This document shows, one piece after another, positions 1 through 12,700 of a DNA stretch of 64,000 bases (the stretch's first letter is position 1; each line of letters opens with the position of its first letter). The position numbers and the translations under genes are program-made. The stretch lies in contig CM082597.2 in assembly GCA_040954595.2 (NCBI GenBank), positions 9,393,778-9,457,777 on the forward strand, given 5' to 3'. The notes beneath the pieces were generated by a model. That model searched no databases. It saw only the letters and a list, made by a program, of their open reading frames with translations, and was not told where the DNA came from. This DNA is from Balanoglossus misakiensis. Its lineage: Eukaryota > Animalia > Hemichordata.

Positions 1-2
1 TG

Positions 3-2665
3 GTTCGTGATTTCTATCAGAAGCTTTATACACCAGACCCTACTTCTTACAATGATCAAGAAACTATTCTTAAGGATCTGCCACAACTTAACCCGGAAAA
101 TGTTGAGCTTTGTGACGACACTATTTCGTTCGAGGAGCTTACAAACGCTCTGAAATATGTTTCTACTAATAAAACACCTGGTATTGATGGTCTCCCTGTT
201 GAGTTTTATAAAACTTTCTGGTCTAGTCTCGGGAGAGACTTGCATGAAATGTTAAATGCCTCAATTAAAGAAGGTTTTTTCCAACTTCATGTCGGAGAGC
301 TGTAATATCGCTTATACCAAAGCCAGGTGACAACACACTACTAAAAAACTGGAGGCCTGTCAGCTTACTCTGTTCTGATTATAAAATCTTTACGAAAGCC
401 TTGTCCATTCGTCTCCGTGGTGTTTTACACAATGTTATTCATCTTGATCAAAGCTACACTATTCCAGGCAGACAGATTTTTGACAATATTCACCTGATTA
501 GAGATTGTATTAACTACCATAATGAGTTTAATCTTCCCCTTGGTATTCTCTCTGTCGACCAAGAAAAAGCGTTTGATAGGGTTCACCATAATTATCTTCT
601 CAGAGCACTCAAAGCTTTTGGTTTTGGTGAAACTTTTATAAAATACATTGATCTTTTGTATACTAACACTGAAAGTGTCATTCGTGTGAATAGCGCCCTG
701 ACTGGTCCAGTTCAATTTCAACGGGGTATAAGACAAGGTTGCTCTTTATCAGGACAACTTTATGCTATTTGTATTGAACCTTTATTACATAAAATTAGAT
801 CTGAAACCAATATTTTGGGGATTACTATCCCCAAAAGCAATGATCGTAAGTGTAAACTTTCTGCATATGCAGATGATATTAGCTTTTTGATCACTAAGAA
901 TTCTGACTTCAGTAAAATGCGCCAGTGGCTTTGTAGTTATGAAAACGCGAGCAATGCTCATATTAATTATGGTAAATCTGAAGGTTTGTGGGTTGGAAGA
1001 TGGCGAGGTAGAACTGACCACCCCTTGGGAATCAAATGGAACAGTAGAGGGCTTAAAATTCTTGGTATCTACCTTGGGAATACGGATGAGTTCTTTCAAC
1101 AAAATTGGGACGACTGTGTTCGCAAAATCAATAATAAGCTTTCTTGGTGGTCAAGGTTTGTAAAAGCTATGTCATACCGGGGGCGTGTAATTGTTATTAA
1201 TCATCTGGCTGCTACTAAACTGTTTCATAGACTAGTTTGTTTATCTCCTCCCCCTGATATCATTTCATATATTCAAAATACTTTTCTTGATTTCTTCTGG
1301 CAAGGCCGGCACTGGCTTCCAGCTCACTTACTTTATGCTCGCATTGAAAGTGGGGGTCAAAACCTCGTTTGTCTTCCTGTTCGGATCAATGCTTTCCGTT
1401 TGCAACGTTTGCAGAGGTTTCTCCATTCCTCCCTGGATCATCCTTCGTTTTCTTTCTTGGAATACTATTTTAAAACAGTCCATGCTCTAGATTATGGCGC
1501 TCAACTTCTTGCAATTGAAATTCCTTCGATACCAGGAACTTTGCCTTTATTTTATCGTGATCTCCTCAAAACATGGAATTCGATTAAAAGACTTAGGAAA
1601 GATCATCCCACAGCTATTTGTGATATTCTTAACGAACCTCTTTTCTATAATGACCTGGTTCAACTTTCTGTTGGGCATGAAACTACCATAGTTCAAAATC
1701 TGGTTGATGCTGGCATTACCAAGGTCGCGGACCTAATTAATATTGACAGAAAGATGTGGCACACAGCAGATTATTTTAAAGACAAAGTTAAATTTCACTC
1801 TATGAGGATCTTTATCCGCACTCTTCAAACTATTCATAGCTCCTTACCAATTAATTGGATAAAGGAAATTCGGAAATTTTTTAAGGGTATTTCAGACACT
1901 AGATCCAACGAGTACTCTTACTTGTTTGAGTTGGTATACTCAAAACCCGATGTCCTCCTCAACTGCCCATGATACAAAAGTGAAAAAGGTGAAATTTACA
2001 AATTTCTCATTAATGTTTCTATGTGTAATAATCTCCCCAATCGTCAGGATACAGTTTGGAGAGATGTTTTGTCCCTGCCAGACAGTATTAAACCTGATTT
2101 TAAATTGTGCTACACTAGACTTATTCCAAAATCGCACGGTGACCTGCAGTGGCGCATACTGCATGGCGCATATGCTACCGGTACTTTTATGTTTAGTTGT
2201 AATTATGCCCCCACTCCAAATTGTGTTTTCTGTCAAACCAAAGACGACTTGCTCCATATTTTTCTTGAGTGTATTCGGTTAAATCCTCTTTTCAAGATCA
2301 TTCGCACCTTGTGTGAACGCATCCTGGGTACTGTGTGCAAAATTCCTTATTGGTGGTTCATTTTAGGGCCAGTCTGTAACAAAGATGTTACAAAACATAC
2401 CAGCCCCCTTTTAATGTTTCTTTTTGTTGCTGCTAAACTTTCAATTCATATTACCCGTCACATAGCTCTTACTGAAGGAATCTCTAACCAAAGCTTTTCC
2501 CTTGTCGATCTCTTTAAAGTCCGTGTACGTTCTCGATTAATCAATGAATTTACCTACTACAGAAACTGCTCAAAAACTGACGTCTTTATAAACATGTGGT
2601 GCATCAATAATGCCTTGGCTTCAGTTCATGAAGGAAACTTAAACATTGCTACAATTTTATCGTAA
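3..2665 (+). pseudogene. Disrupted LINE ORF2 (reverse transcriptase, zf-RVT-like)
   Basis: A frameshift near 275-281 (T-run) and an in-frame TGA at 1970-1972. ORFs 401..1972 and 2021..2665 are in the same frame. Confidence 0.85.
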
Positions 2666-2859
2666 TCACTTGTACTAGTTCTGTGTAATAATGATAAACA
2701 CATACACACACGCTTTCATTGAAGCAATAGGCTACAATGCTGACGTTTGGGTTTGGGCTCCGTACTCCTCACGGGAACCATCCCAACATGGTTCGCCCAT
2801 TCGTCAGAGGGATACACACTTTTTTCTCATTTCAGCCTCATTACTGCTGTGACGTTCCT

Positions 2860-3040
2860 GTCGTCTAACCTAGGATACATCTCTGCCGTCAACCCTACAG
2901 TACATCTCGGCCTTCAACCCTGTAATACATCTATGCTGTCAACCCTGCAGTACATACATGTATCTGCCGTCAACCCTGCAATACTTCTCTGCTGTCAACC
3001 CTGGACTATGTATCAGTTGTAAATCCTTCAACCCTGGAAC
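2860..3040 (+). repeat. Degenerate ~25-30 bp tandem repeat in the LINE 3' UTR
   Basis: Recurring TACATCTCTGCCGTCAACCCT(G/A)CA-like units, about 6-7 copies. Confidence 0.7.
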
Positions 3041-3153
3041 AATGTTCACTTTGTATTATTTTAGTCTGAATTTATGAATTCTTTTGCATTTCAATAAAGT
3101 GTAAATAATTTTTATTTTACGCAATAAAGGTTTATTTTCAAAAGTCAAAAAAG

Positions 3154-3223
3154 TCATCATCATCATCAACATCCCCATCACCATCATCATCATCAACATC
3201 CCCATCATCATTATCATCATCAT

Positions 3224-3255
<32 letters not shown>

Positions 3256-3388
3256 ACATCCCCATCACCATCATCATCATCATCATCACCATCATCATTA
3301 TCATCATCACCATCATCATCATAATCATCGTCATCATCATCATCATCATCATCATCAACATCCCCATCATCATCATCATCATCATCAT

Positions 3389-3420
<32 letters not shown>

Positions 3421-3432
3421 TCAACATCATCA
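3154..3432. repeat. Compound (ATC/CAT)n microsatellite
   Basis: About 280 bp of ATC with interspersed AAC/CCC/ACC variants. Confidence 0.97.
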
Positions 3433-3744
3433 GTTTCTGCTGTTCCAAGAACTAGGCGTATCATGAGTGCAATAGATCATATCAGTCAAGCCCATGTATA
3501 TCATCTCATGACTCCAGTCCTATCCTTTAGTGTTTCTTGACAGTGTTCTAGCTAGTCTATTCACTGTCATGTATCAGAAAACAAGCACTTAACAATATCT
3601 GGATTTCTCATGAACATGTAAAGTATAGTTGCAGGTATTAATATCTCGTAGTACATGTATCTAAATGTACCGGTATATACATATGGGGTGTGGACTAGTG
3701 GTTTAATTTAAAATATTTGTTATTCTTTCACTTTTTTTCTTCAG

Positions 3745-6700
3745 ATAAGCACGCTCCTGAAGTCATTTACTGTCCCAATACGACCCGTATAATTAGTCCT
3801 AATAGCTTGACAACAGGAGTATGGCAGGAACCTATATTTACAGATGATATCGCCATTGCCAATGTGACACAAACTTATACAATGGGTAAGTTTCCTATAA
3901 AACATCATTTCTGAATATAGATAATATATAACATTCACACTTTATTAATGACGTTTTTTTATCGGGGTGGGGGGTTGATCTAAACAGAAAAAAAAGTGTT
4001 GAAACCAACAAGCTGAGACAACTTTCCTAAGATTATGGTCAGTATAAGGCATACTGGTACAGTTTATTCTTGTGGCCGTAACTTGTAGATACTATCATAT
4101 ATGGCTAGCACTTCCTATGTACTACAGATGAGCTTGCTTCCAAGTATTAAAGCCTCAATTGCTGCCACTATTACCATATTTTAGAGGAATTTTCCTCGAT
4201 CCCAGGGCAGTACAATGAAGGCAAATAAGAAAGCATTTGTGTTAGCACGTAACTGTTTATTGGAAACAAAAGATTTGACAAAATGTTGAGCAAGTAAAGT
4301 ACAAATATTCTCGACTACTACTGGGGATTTTAATACCCATACCACAATAGTTGTGTTCTCTTACATGGGCAGTTGAATAAACGTGTGCGGCACCATACCT
4401 GTTCATGTTTACATGTACAGTCGCACTCAGAAGTTGTGTCTGTGTATACCCACCAGTTAGGTCACTTAAATGGACCATTGTAAGTTTGAAAGTAAAATCA
4501 TGAAAACATTCAAGAAACAGAAGCTATTTTGGCTTTAGCACCCATGCCTGTAATGATGTGCATAATTTTGTTCTTACAGGTGACACCTTTTCCTGGGGAA
4601 CCTACCAGATCAGCTATGTTGCTTTAGATACAGCTGGCAACAATGCACAGTGCAACTTTTTACTCTATGTACTGCGTGAGTGAATTTTTTATCATTCATA
4701 TACAAACTTTACAAATTCATTAATATCTGGACTGATTGTCATCCCTGCCCCATGATATGTCTTGTCACATACTGTAAAACGGGACATTTTCGTGACAGGA
4801 AAAATTTTGCAGTATCAAAAGAGGCAACTGTTACACGAGAATTAATTTTCCGCATTCTAGTATTTCACTAACTGCTCTGGTATCTCCGAAAAACATTTTA
4901 TGCGACTTTATTTTCTTCTTTTTTATTTTGCTCTCCCGAAGTTCGTGAAAATTTGCCGTTTTACAGTAATATGATTGCATCATTATCACCACTTTTTTCC
5001 CTATGTAACTATCAAAAATTATAACAACATCATTCAGAACATAAAAGGACACTCAAACCCGTCTGTCTAATCGGGAAACCTCTCTTCAACCAACAGCTTT
5101 TCCAGTCCCTTTTACATAGAAACATGTTAATGTGTTGGTGTTCTGTTTAAAAGATTTGACTGTGTAATAAATAGGGGTGTCACACATACACCATTAAGAC
5201 AGTTCTGAAGCATCTCAGAATTGATACTGTCTTAAAAAACATGTGTGGACGGTGTAAGTGGTCCTGAAACGTCTCAGATTTGAGAAGGCTCTGCCAGCCA
5301 GACCTGATCTGGTGTAAGGATTAACACCTCTCTGCAACCCATTGTCTATGGGGCCGAGCCTCAGCGCCCATACATAAACTTTGTGTGTGTGGACACAACA
5401 TGACTCAAAGGATTAATGCTCTGTGGTTAGCACTGGCAAATAGTGTCTCAATTTTGTCCCTGTCTGAACCTGGTAAAAGAGGCATTGTGGCCTAGTGGCT
5501 AGGGTTGTGGGTTCGTTACCTAGACCTGGACATTTGGGTAGTATTTGCCTGTTGGATGATATATGAGACACAGACATTTGGGTAGTATTTGCCTGTTGGA
5601 TGATAGATGAAATAAAATTAAATATATATATATAGACAAATAAACTGTGTTCTCCTTTCTTTTACAGCATTTGATTGTGAAAAGCCAGCACCACCAGTTA
5701 AAGGTAGTTCCATCTGTAATGAGTTTGAGTCGGGTGTGTTCTGTCAGGTGGATTGTTTACCAGGATACAAGTTTGCAAGCCTGCCAGCACCTTACTATCT
5801 CTGCCATAGTGAAGGATCTTTTAATCCTGAGAATCCAGACGAGGAATTCACCTTCCCTGGATGTTCTGGTGAGAAAAAAATGATTTGATATCAGTAAAGA
5901 AATTCATTAGATTGCACATGTGCACATTCAGAAAAATTCTCCTAAGAGAGAGAATTGTGAGAGGGTGGATTCCGACGCTGAGACAATTTGCTTTTTAGTT
6001 ATAAATGAAAAGAGAAATATGAGTGATCCAAATGCTTGCATTACAGTATGTCAAGGTTGTGTATACAGGTAGATAAATTTTTAGAATCATATCTGCTTGC
6101 CCCAATATAAAGCTCCAGTACATTTGAGCTATTTTCTAAATATTTTGTTCTGGGTAAGCAGCTGTAACTTTCCTGATTGGCTAAGCGGTTTTGCAGTCTA
6201 AGTCAATACATCATTCGCTAGATTGAAAATTGCATCTTTAACAAAATTTGTTTGTATTGTTCTACTGCAGCTCCTGGGAAGACTCAACGTGGAGTGAATT
6301 GTGGCGTGTCATACAATTCCCAGGCGGGTACATGTAACAATGGTGTCATCCAGCAATTGAGGATCAGTTTTATGAACACTATTAACTATCTGAATGATTT
6401 GTTTGGTATTTGTGGCGGTGAATGCAACTTTGATGACCTTGAAATAACCTGCGGCGCCTCAAACCGAAGAAAGAGACAGGCTGATACTCAGCTTGTGGTT
6501 CAGTTCAGTTTCCAAACCGATGCGTGAGTAGTAATTGTTATTTTTCGAGTATTTTATTCCCCTTCTGTTCTATTGAAATGACTTTGGTGACATGTCTAGG
6601 GTACTGATCCCAGGCTGTGTGAGGACCAGCTCTGTATTCCCTATACAGCTGGTGTTTGCATTATTGCAAAATATTCCATTCATGCAAGTGAAAACAAATT

Positions 6701-9700
6701 TGTGTCACTCAAACATTTTCACAGTTTTTGTCTACCCCATTATTTCTGCCCACCTTCCTTATGTTTTGGCATCCTGTATTCTAGAGATTCATGCATTCAA
6801 AATATACTGTAAAACATGTTATTTTCGTGAGCAGTAAATTCTCGCAAAACACGCGCTAGTCAAAAAAACGTGAAAATATAAAGTCGTGCAAAATGTTTTC
6901 TGAGATAACAATGCAGTTAGTGAAATACGAGAACTCAAAAATTAATCCTCATCTAACAGTTGCCTCTTTTGATATCGCGAAAATTTCCTGTCGTGAAAAC
7001 AACCCAGTTTACAGTACACACTTCTGGTTGGTATTGTATTGTGGCATATGTAAGTATTTTCTGTCTGTTGTTTTATCCATTAGCTCTGCTGATGCTGCAG
7101 CTGTAGTTATTGAAGATGCAGTCAAGAATGGTCCTTTTGATACAGCTGAATATTCGGTCGACGCTGAGACATTACAAGTTGAAAAGTACAATATTCTGTT
7201 CCAATGGTAGTGTTCTTGTTGGAGAAGAATGTGGTGAGTGCCTATACTCCTCAGTTGTTATGTACTTTAACCCTTTCACTCCCAGTTTCCTCTATAGAGG
7301 TCAAACCTTACCATAGAAAACAATTGGTTTGGACTGAACCATGGTGGTGAAAGGATTAAAACTGTGTCCAAAATTAATATTATAAAAAGGTGTAGATGTT
7401 TAATGTTTATATCGCCTGATATGACCTGTTAGGTGGGCCGTATTGCTGCGAGTGTGGTTGTGAGTCACACTACAAATCAAAGACAAGTGTGAGTGGTAAA
7501 TACAACCCAACCAAGAGGTGATATAAGGAAATAATTGATTTGATATGCTCATACCAAGGATTTTACAAGAAATAGAAAATTAAAGGGACAAAGTCTCTCT
7601 CTCGCTGCCCCTTTTCCATTTATTATGTTTGATACAAGACACTGTTTATGTTATTCTACATGTGGATATATAATGAATCAATGTTCGACCACACACAATT
7701 TCCATCCCACTTGTAGACACAAGAGTGAAAAACTGGCCAAAATGAATAATTCGGATGCTGTGTGTTACAATTGTAGTTGTGTTTTAATCCATTAATGCAT
7801 AACGATCAGTACATGAATAATGTATACATCTGCCTTCAACATTTTGTATTTCCACAGTATTGTGTCCTGAAGGGTCGTTCCATGACACTGAGCTGAGTTA
7901 GTGCCATCCTTGTGCAATTGGATATTATCAACCTCTTGAAGGACAAACAGCATGCAATGCCTGTCCAAATAATGGAGTCACCAGGGGAAAGAGATCATTA
8001 TCCATCTTGCAGTGTTTTGGTATGTATAACAGAAGGCAATATCTCCTCCTTATCCACAGCCATAGCCTAGTATCTAGCCGTATTTTGTCCGCTTTCCTTC
8101 CAAAACTAACGTCTAGCCTCACTCATGCCACTGGCCCGATAAAACCCCATACCCCTTGCCGGGAATTGTGACGTATATATCAAATTATTGTGGTGTGATC
8201 CAATATGGAAAGAATGACAATTGGAATGTTCATCTTTTTGGTTGAAAAAATAATTTTTCAACAATGATGTCTATTGCAGAGAGGTGCGATATTGGTCACT
8301 ACTTTGACAACGGGACTTCTCAGTGCCAAAGCTGCCCCATTGGATTCTGGCAATCAGAAGAAGGAAAGTTTGTGTGTAATACTTGCCCAAAGGAAATGCT
8401 TACATTAGTTGAAGGAGCTACTGATGAGTCACAATGTCAGGTTAGGTACTTGTGTTATTTGCTATTCTTGACTATCAATCACATGATCTGGCCATGTGAC
8501 GTACCAATGGCGTTATCATTTCAAAGTGACAGGCAAGCAATATTTCGACATCCAGTAAACGTTTTTCCGAGTAGGTTTTTACTTTAGAACCGCCAGACAC
8601 GTAACATGTTTAACAGTTTAACAAATTCACGTGAGTGAAAAGCAGATTATTGTGAATATCAAAAAATTAATCTTCTCAATTACAGAGGTATGTAAATCAG
8701 TGGGAGTCCAACTTAGTGTCAATGGGTCTTGTGAGTCGTGTCCCATGGGAACCTATCGATCAAATGCTGAACTTCAGCCATCTTGTATGCCGTGCCCGTT
8801 TGGCTTCACCACAAGAACTGTCGGTTCAACCTCAAGTGAAGATTGTAATGTTCGTAAGTATTATGTATACAACTTTTCATATTGTATCTCAACTGTACTG
8901 AACTGAAGGTTGTATGTGCCTCAGTTGTTCAGAATAATGATAGTCCTCCAATTTTATTCTATGCTCTTTTTCCATTCCATCAACAGCTTACTGCAATGTT
9001 GGTTGGTACTTGAATCAGGACTCCTATAGATGTGAGAAATGCCCTGTTGGAACATATAACTTTGAATTCAACCAGGATGCTTGTCAACCATGCCCAACTG
9101 GCTACACTACAGGCAGAGAGGGTGCCCTATATGAAACAGAATGTGTTGGTAGGAATCATTTTTCATAATCATAGAACTGATAACATGCATGGAGTGCTTG
9201 TGGAGATCAACCTTAACTGTTCAATCTGACACAAACACTTCATTATAAGAAATTTTCTTCTTTATTTAGAGTATCATTTGGGCCGTCCCAAGCAGAAAGG
9301 GGTCTTATGGGAGCGCGCGTCGTTTCGAATAAACTGCATGTGGATACAATGTATCAATATTTACTGCACTGCACTGGGGTCACTGATATTTCAATTATGT
9401 GACCTCTACAAAAAGAACATTTTTTTCTGTATTTATATGATATTCTCTGCAAATTTCTATTATCATTTGAATAGCATTTTTTTCGATTTCTGGATTGTTT
9501 ATCGTGGTTTTTTTCCGGTTTTCTAAAATACCGTTTTGACGGTGGTTCCCGCCACTATGCGACACGTGATCAACTCGCGCCAAATAGTAAACAGCACGTA
9601 CGTTCGTCTGAATCTAATAATTATGTCTTTTGCGGTCGAAGTACCCGTTGATATCGATCCTGAAATACGATTTCTGCTTGAAGAACATCAAAATAACATC

Positions 9701-12700
9701 GTAGAAACCTTCAGCCCACCGGGATCTCGCTCCAACTCTCAGAATTTTGACGAGCATATCGTTGCATCAACCAACACCGCCGAGGTGCACGACGATTCCG
9801 GTGATGATGATGGTGATGAACACACAGAAACGCCTGATGTTGCTGCACTAGCTCGTCTATATCCATCATCCGATGAAGTTCCAGATGACCAAGGGCCTAG
9901 GGATGATTTGGATAAGGCATTTGTGCGATCAACAATGCAGGCGGGGTGCGGCTGTACGAATGAGTGCTTCAGTAGTTTAGATGTTGACCGCGTGTGGGAA
10001 TATCGGATCAACATGGCTGAGTTCCCCAAAGACCAGTTTGATGTGCTGATATTGTCAAAGTTGGAGCAAAGCGAATATATGGGTGAACCGAAAGGAGGAG
10101 GGAAAAGAGAAAGGCAGTCTTTCCAGTACCGATTTGCTGGTAAAATTGTGTGTGAAAAGGCCTGGCGTTATATTCATATTATGGGTAAGTCATCACTCGT
10201 GTGTCTCAGTTTCAGCCAAATTAGCGTGTATCGTCAGGATTTGCACGAATTTACGGCTCCCGTTTCAAAATGACGACCATCGTTGCATTTTTTTTCATAA
10301 TACTCTATCGGTATTATGCCCATATAGGCTATGTAATGAGCCAATAAAATTTCGGGCATACGTATATGATCGCTAGAAGTTGTAACCGATATCAACCGTC
10401 AGCTGTCATTAGTGTCACAAGGAGGTCCCACAAATTCAAACAAAAAACAATGACGTCACTGAGCTGCCGTGTCTGTAGTAAATAAGGATACAACCAGACA
10501 GAATTTCAAAAATCAAAGTTGACCATTTATTCTGCAATTCAACTATATTTTTTTGGTATTTAATAGGATTATTTTCAATTTGACCCTTCTTTTTTGTTTA
10601 TATATTTATTAGGAAAGAAGAGATTTGGTAATTTAAAGGCACATTATAAGTTGCATGGTGTAGTTCCAAGAGATCATGGAATGAAGGGAAAGAGACCAAT
10701 AAATGCTTTTTCTTTTGAAGTAAGTAAATGAGTTAGACACGAATGTAATCCTTTTGGAAAAGGTTTTCTTTGATATTGATCTTCTGAATAATTGTAACTG
10801 TCGACTTTAAAATATGCCTGTGTTGTTAACATTAGAATGCTAATTGGTTACTGTTACAATTTAAAGCTCCATGGCATTAGCTGTAACATTTGGCTGTTTC
10901 TGTAATTATTTTGTTCTACTTTGTATCATCTGCAGTTCGCTATTCAAATCTTTGAAGCTCCAAACATGAAATACCCAGTATTTTATCACAACATTGATGC
11001 ATATGTTACGGTTCAGCAATGTTATTGTTGAAAATTGCATTCAAGTCCGCATTAGAATTCATTTGTCACCAATTAGCTGTGGTCATTACACATGTATTGA
11101 TGGTCTGCACCCAGAATTCTATGTATATTATCATGCTATAGAGAGTAGACTAGAACATGAATCTGTTTAAGATGAACCAAAGACTTATGAAACAGCTAAA
11201 AGTTACAGTTTGTGTCCCTTTAAGGATCATAAAATAGTGTATGATGGCAGTATTGTGCACATTGACAATATTGCTCACGCCCTGTTCCTGGATGCAAACT
11301 AATCCTTTCAACTTACTCTTCCAGATAGTTCAAGATGTTGTGCAGTTTTTGGTACGCTATGGGGAAGAGTATGGGTTACCTATGCCAGCAGCACCCCGTG
11401 GTCGTGATGGGAAGGCCCCTGTTTACTTACCTTCGAGTGACAGATTTACAGATATCTATGAGAAATATGTCGACGCCTGCAATGACTGTGAGCCGATAAG
11501 ACAACATGTTGGTGAGACAAGTTTTCGGAACATTTGGCTGTCATGTGTCCCCCATATACAGAAGATGGAGCCATGTACAGATGTTTGTGTCAAGTGTGAA
11601 CAATTCCGTAACAATTTGAAGTATGCAGTAACTGAGGACGACAAATTGACAAATAGTTTAGCTTTTTCTGAACATATTTTGAAAGCGCAGAATGAAAGGA
11701 AATTTTTGAATGACTGTATCAGGAAAGCACGGGACGAGTTGTGCGATGGGGATTTCAGTTTACCTGTCACTGCATGTTCACAAGATTTACATTCAGTTCA
11801 TTACACCTTTGACTTTGCTCAAAGTTTTCTTGTGCCTCACCAGTCTCGTCAGGTCAGTCAGCTTTATTTTTTGAACCCATTGAAAGTCAACTGCTTTGGC
11901 ATATGTAATGATGGGATTAAATCACAAATGAATTATCTTTTTGATGAGTCACAAACTATAGGTATTGATAACAAGAGTTGTCATGGTGCTAACAATGTTG
12001 TAAGTATGCTTGATAATTACTTTGATAATCATGGTTTAGGGGAGAAAACCTGTCACTGCCATGCAGACAATTGTGGTGGTCAGAACAAGAATAAAACTGT
12101 TGTTCATTATTTTTGTTACCGCACTAGTACAGGATTACATGATGAAATTAATTACCATTTTTTAGAGCCTGGTCACACTAAATGCATATGCGATGCTTGT
12201 TTTGGAAAGATTCGTCAATTTTATCGTAGGAGTGATGTTGATACTGTGAGCCAGTTAGGTGAACTCGTCAACAAAAGTGCAAAAATCAATAATGCAAAAC
12301 TGTATATGAGCCGGGGATCTCCTGTTCCAAATTTTCAGTGGTACCAATGGGACACATTTTTTTCCAAGTATTTGAAACCTCTTAAAGGAATTCGTGGCTA
12401 CCACCACTTCAGATTTTCCAAGAATGATCCTGGGTGTGTTTATGTAAGGAGGGCACCAGCAGACAACGAGGAACGAATTGATCTTGTAAAGCGAGGTGTT
12501 TCATGGCCTCCATCTCCTGACAGTAAGCCAGAATTGTTGCCTGCTGGTGGTATGAGTCTGGCAAGATGGAGGGAGCTGAATAAAACAATAGCCCCATATG
12601 TAAGAGAGCCCTACAGACATGAATTTTTCCCAGAGCCAGAGGAGTGAATGCCACAGCAAATCCACTAATACAATAAAACTGCAGTAAAAGCTTGTTCTGT

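Larger units (their letters stand above)
1..3153 (+). mobile_element. Tx1/L1-clade non-LTR retrotransposon, 3' part (ORF2 RT + C-terminal Cys-rich domain + 3' UTR); 5' end lies outside the window
   Basis: ORF2 motifs NKTPGIDGLPVEFY, KNWRPVSLL, DQEKAFDRV, RGIRQGCSLSG, AYADD and C-terminal CVFC..HIFLEC. The 3' UTR ends in AATAAA..TCAAAAGTCAAAAAAGTC. Confidence 0.92.

Noticed and set aside
3056-3464. Poly-Met and poly-Asp ORFs
   Set aside because: They are translations of the (ATC)n microsatellite.
5479-5610. tRNA-like A-box (TGGCCTAGTGG) and a two-copy ~35-bp duplication
   Set aside because: No B-box or cloverleaf; at most a SINE head fragment. Two copies without spacers do not make a CRISPR array.
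9536-10273. Stand-alone 245-aa ORF
   Set aside because: It is exon 1 of the Sola transposase read through into the intron.
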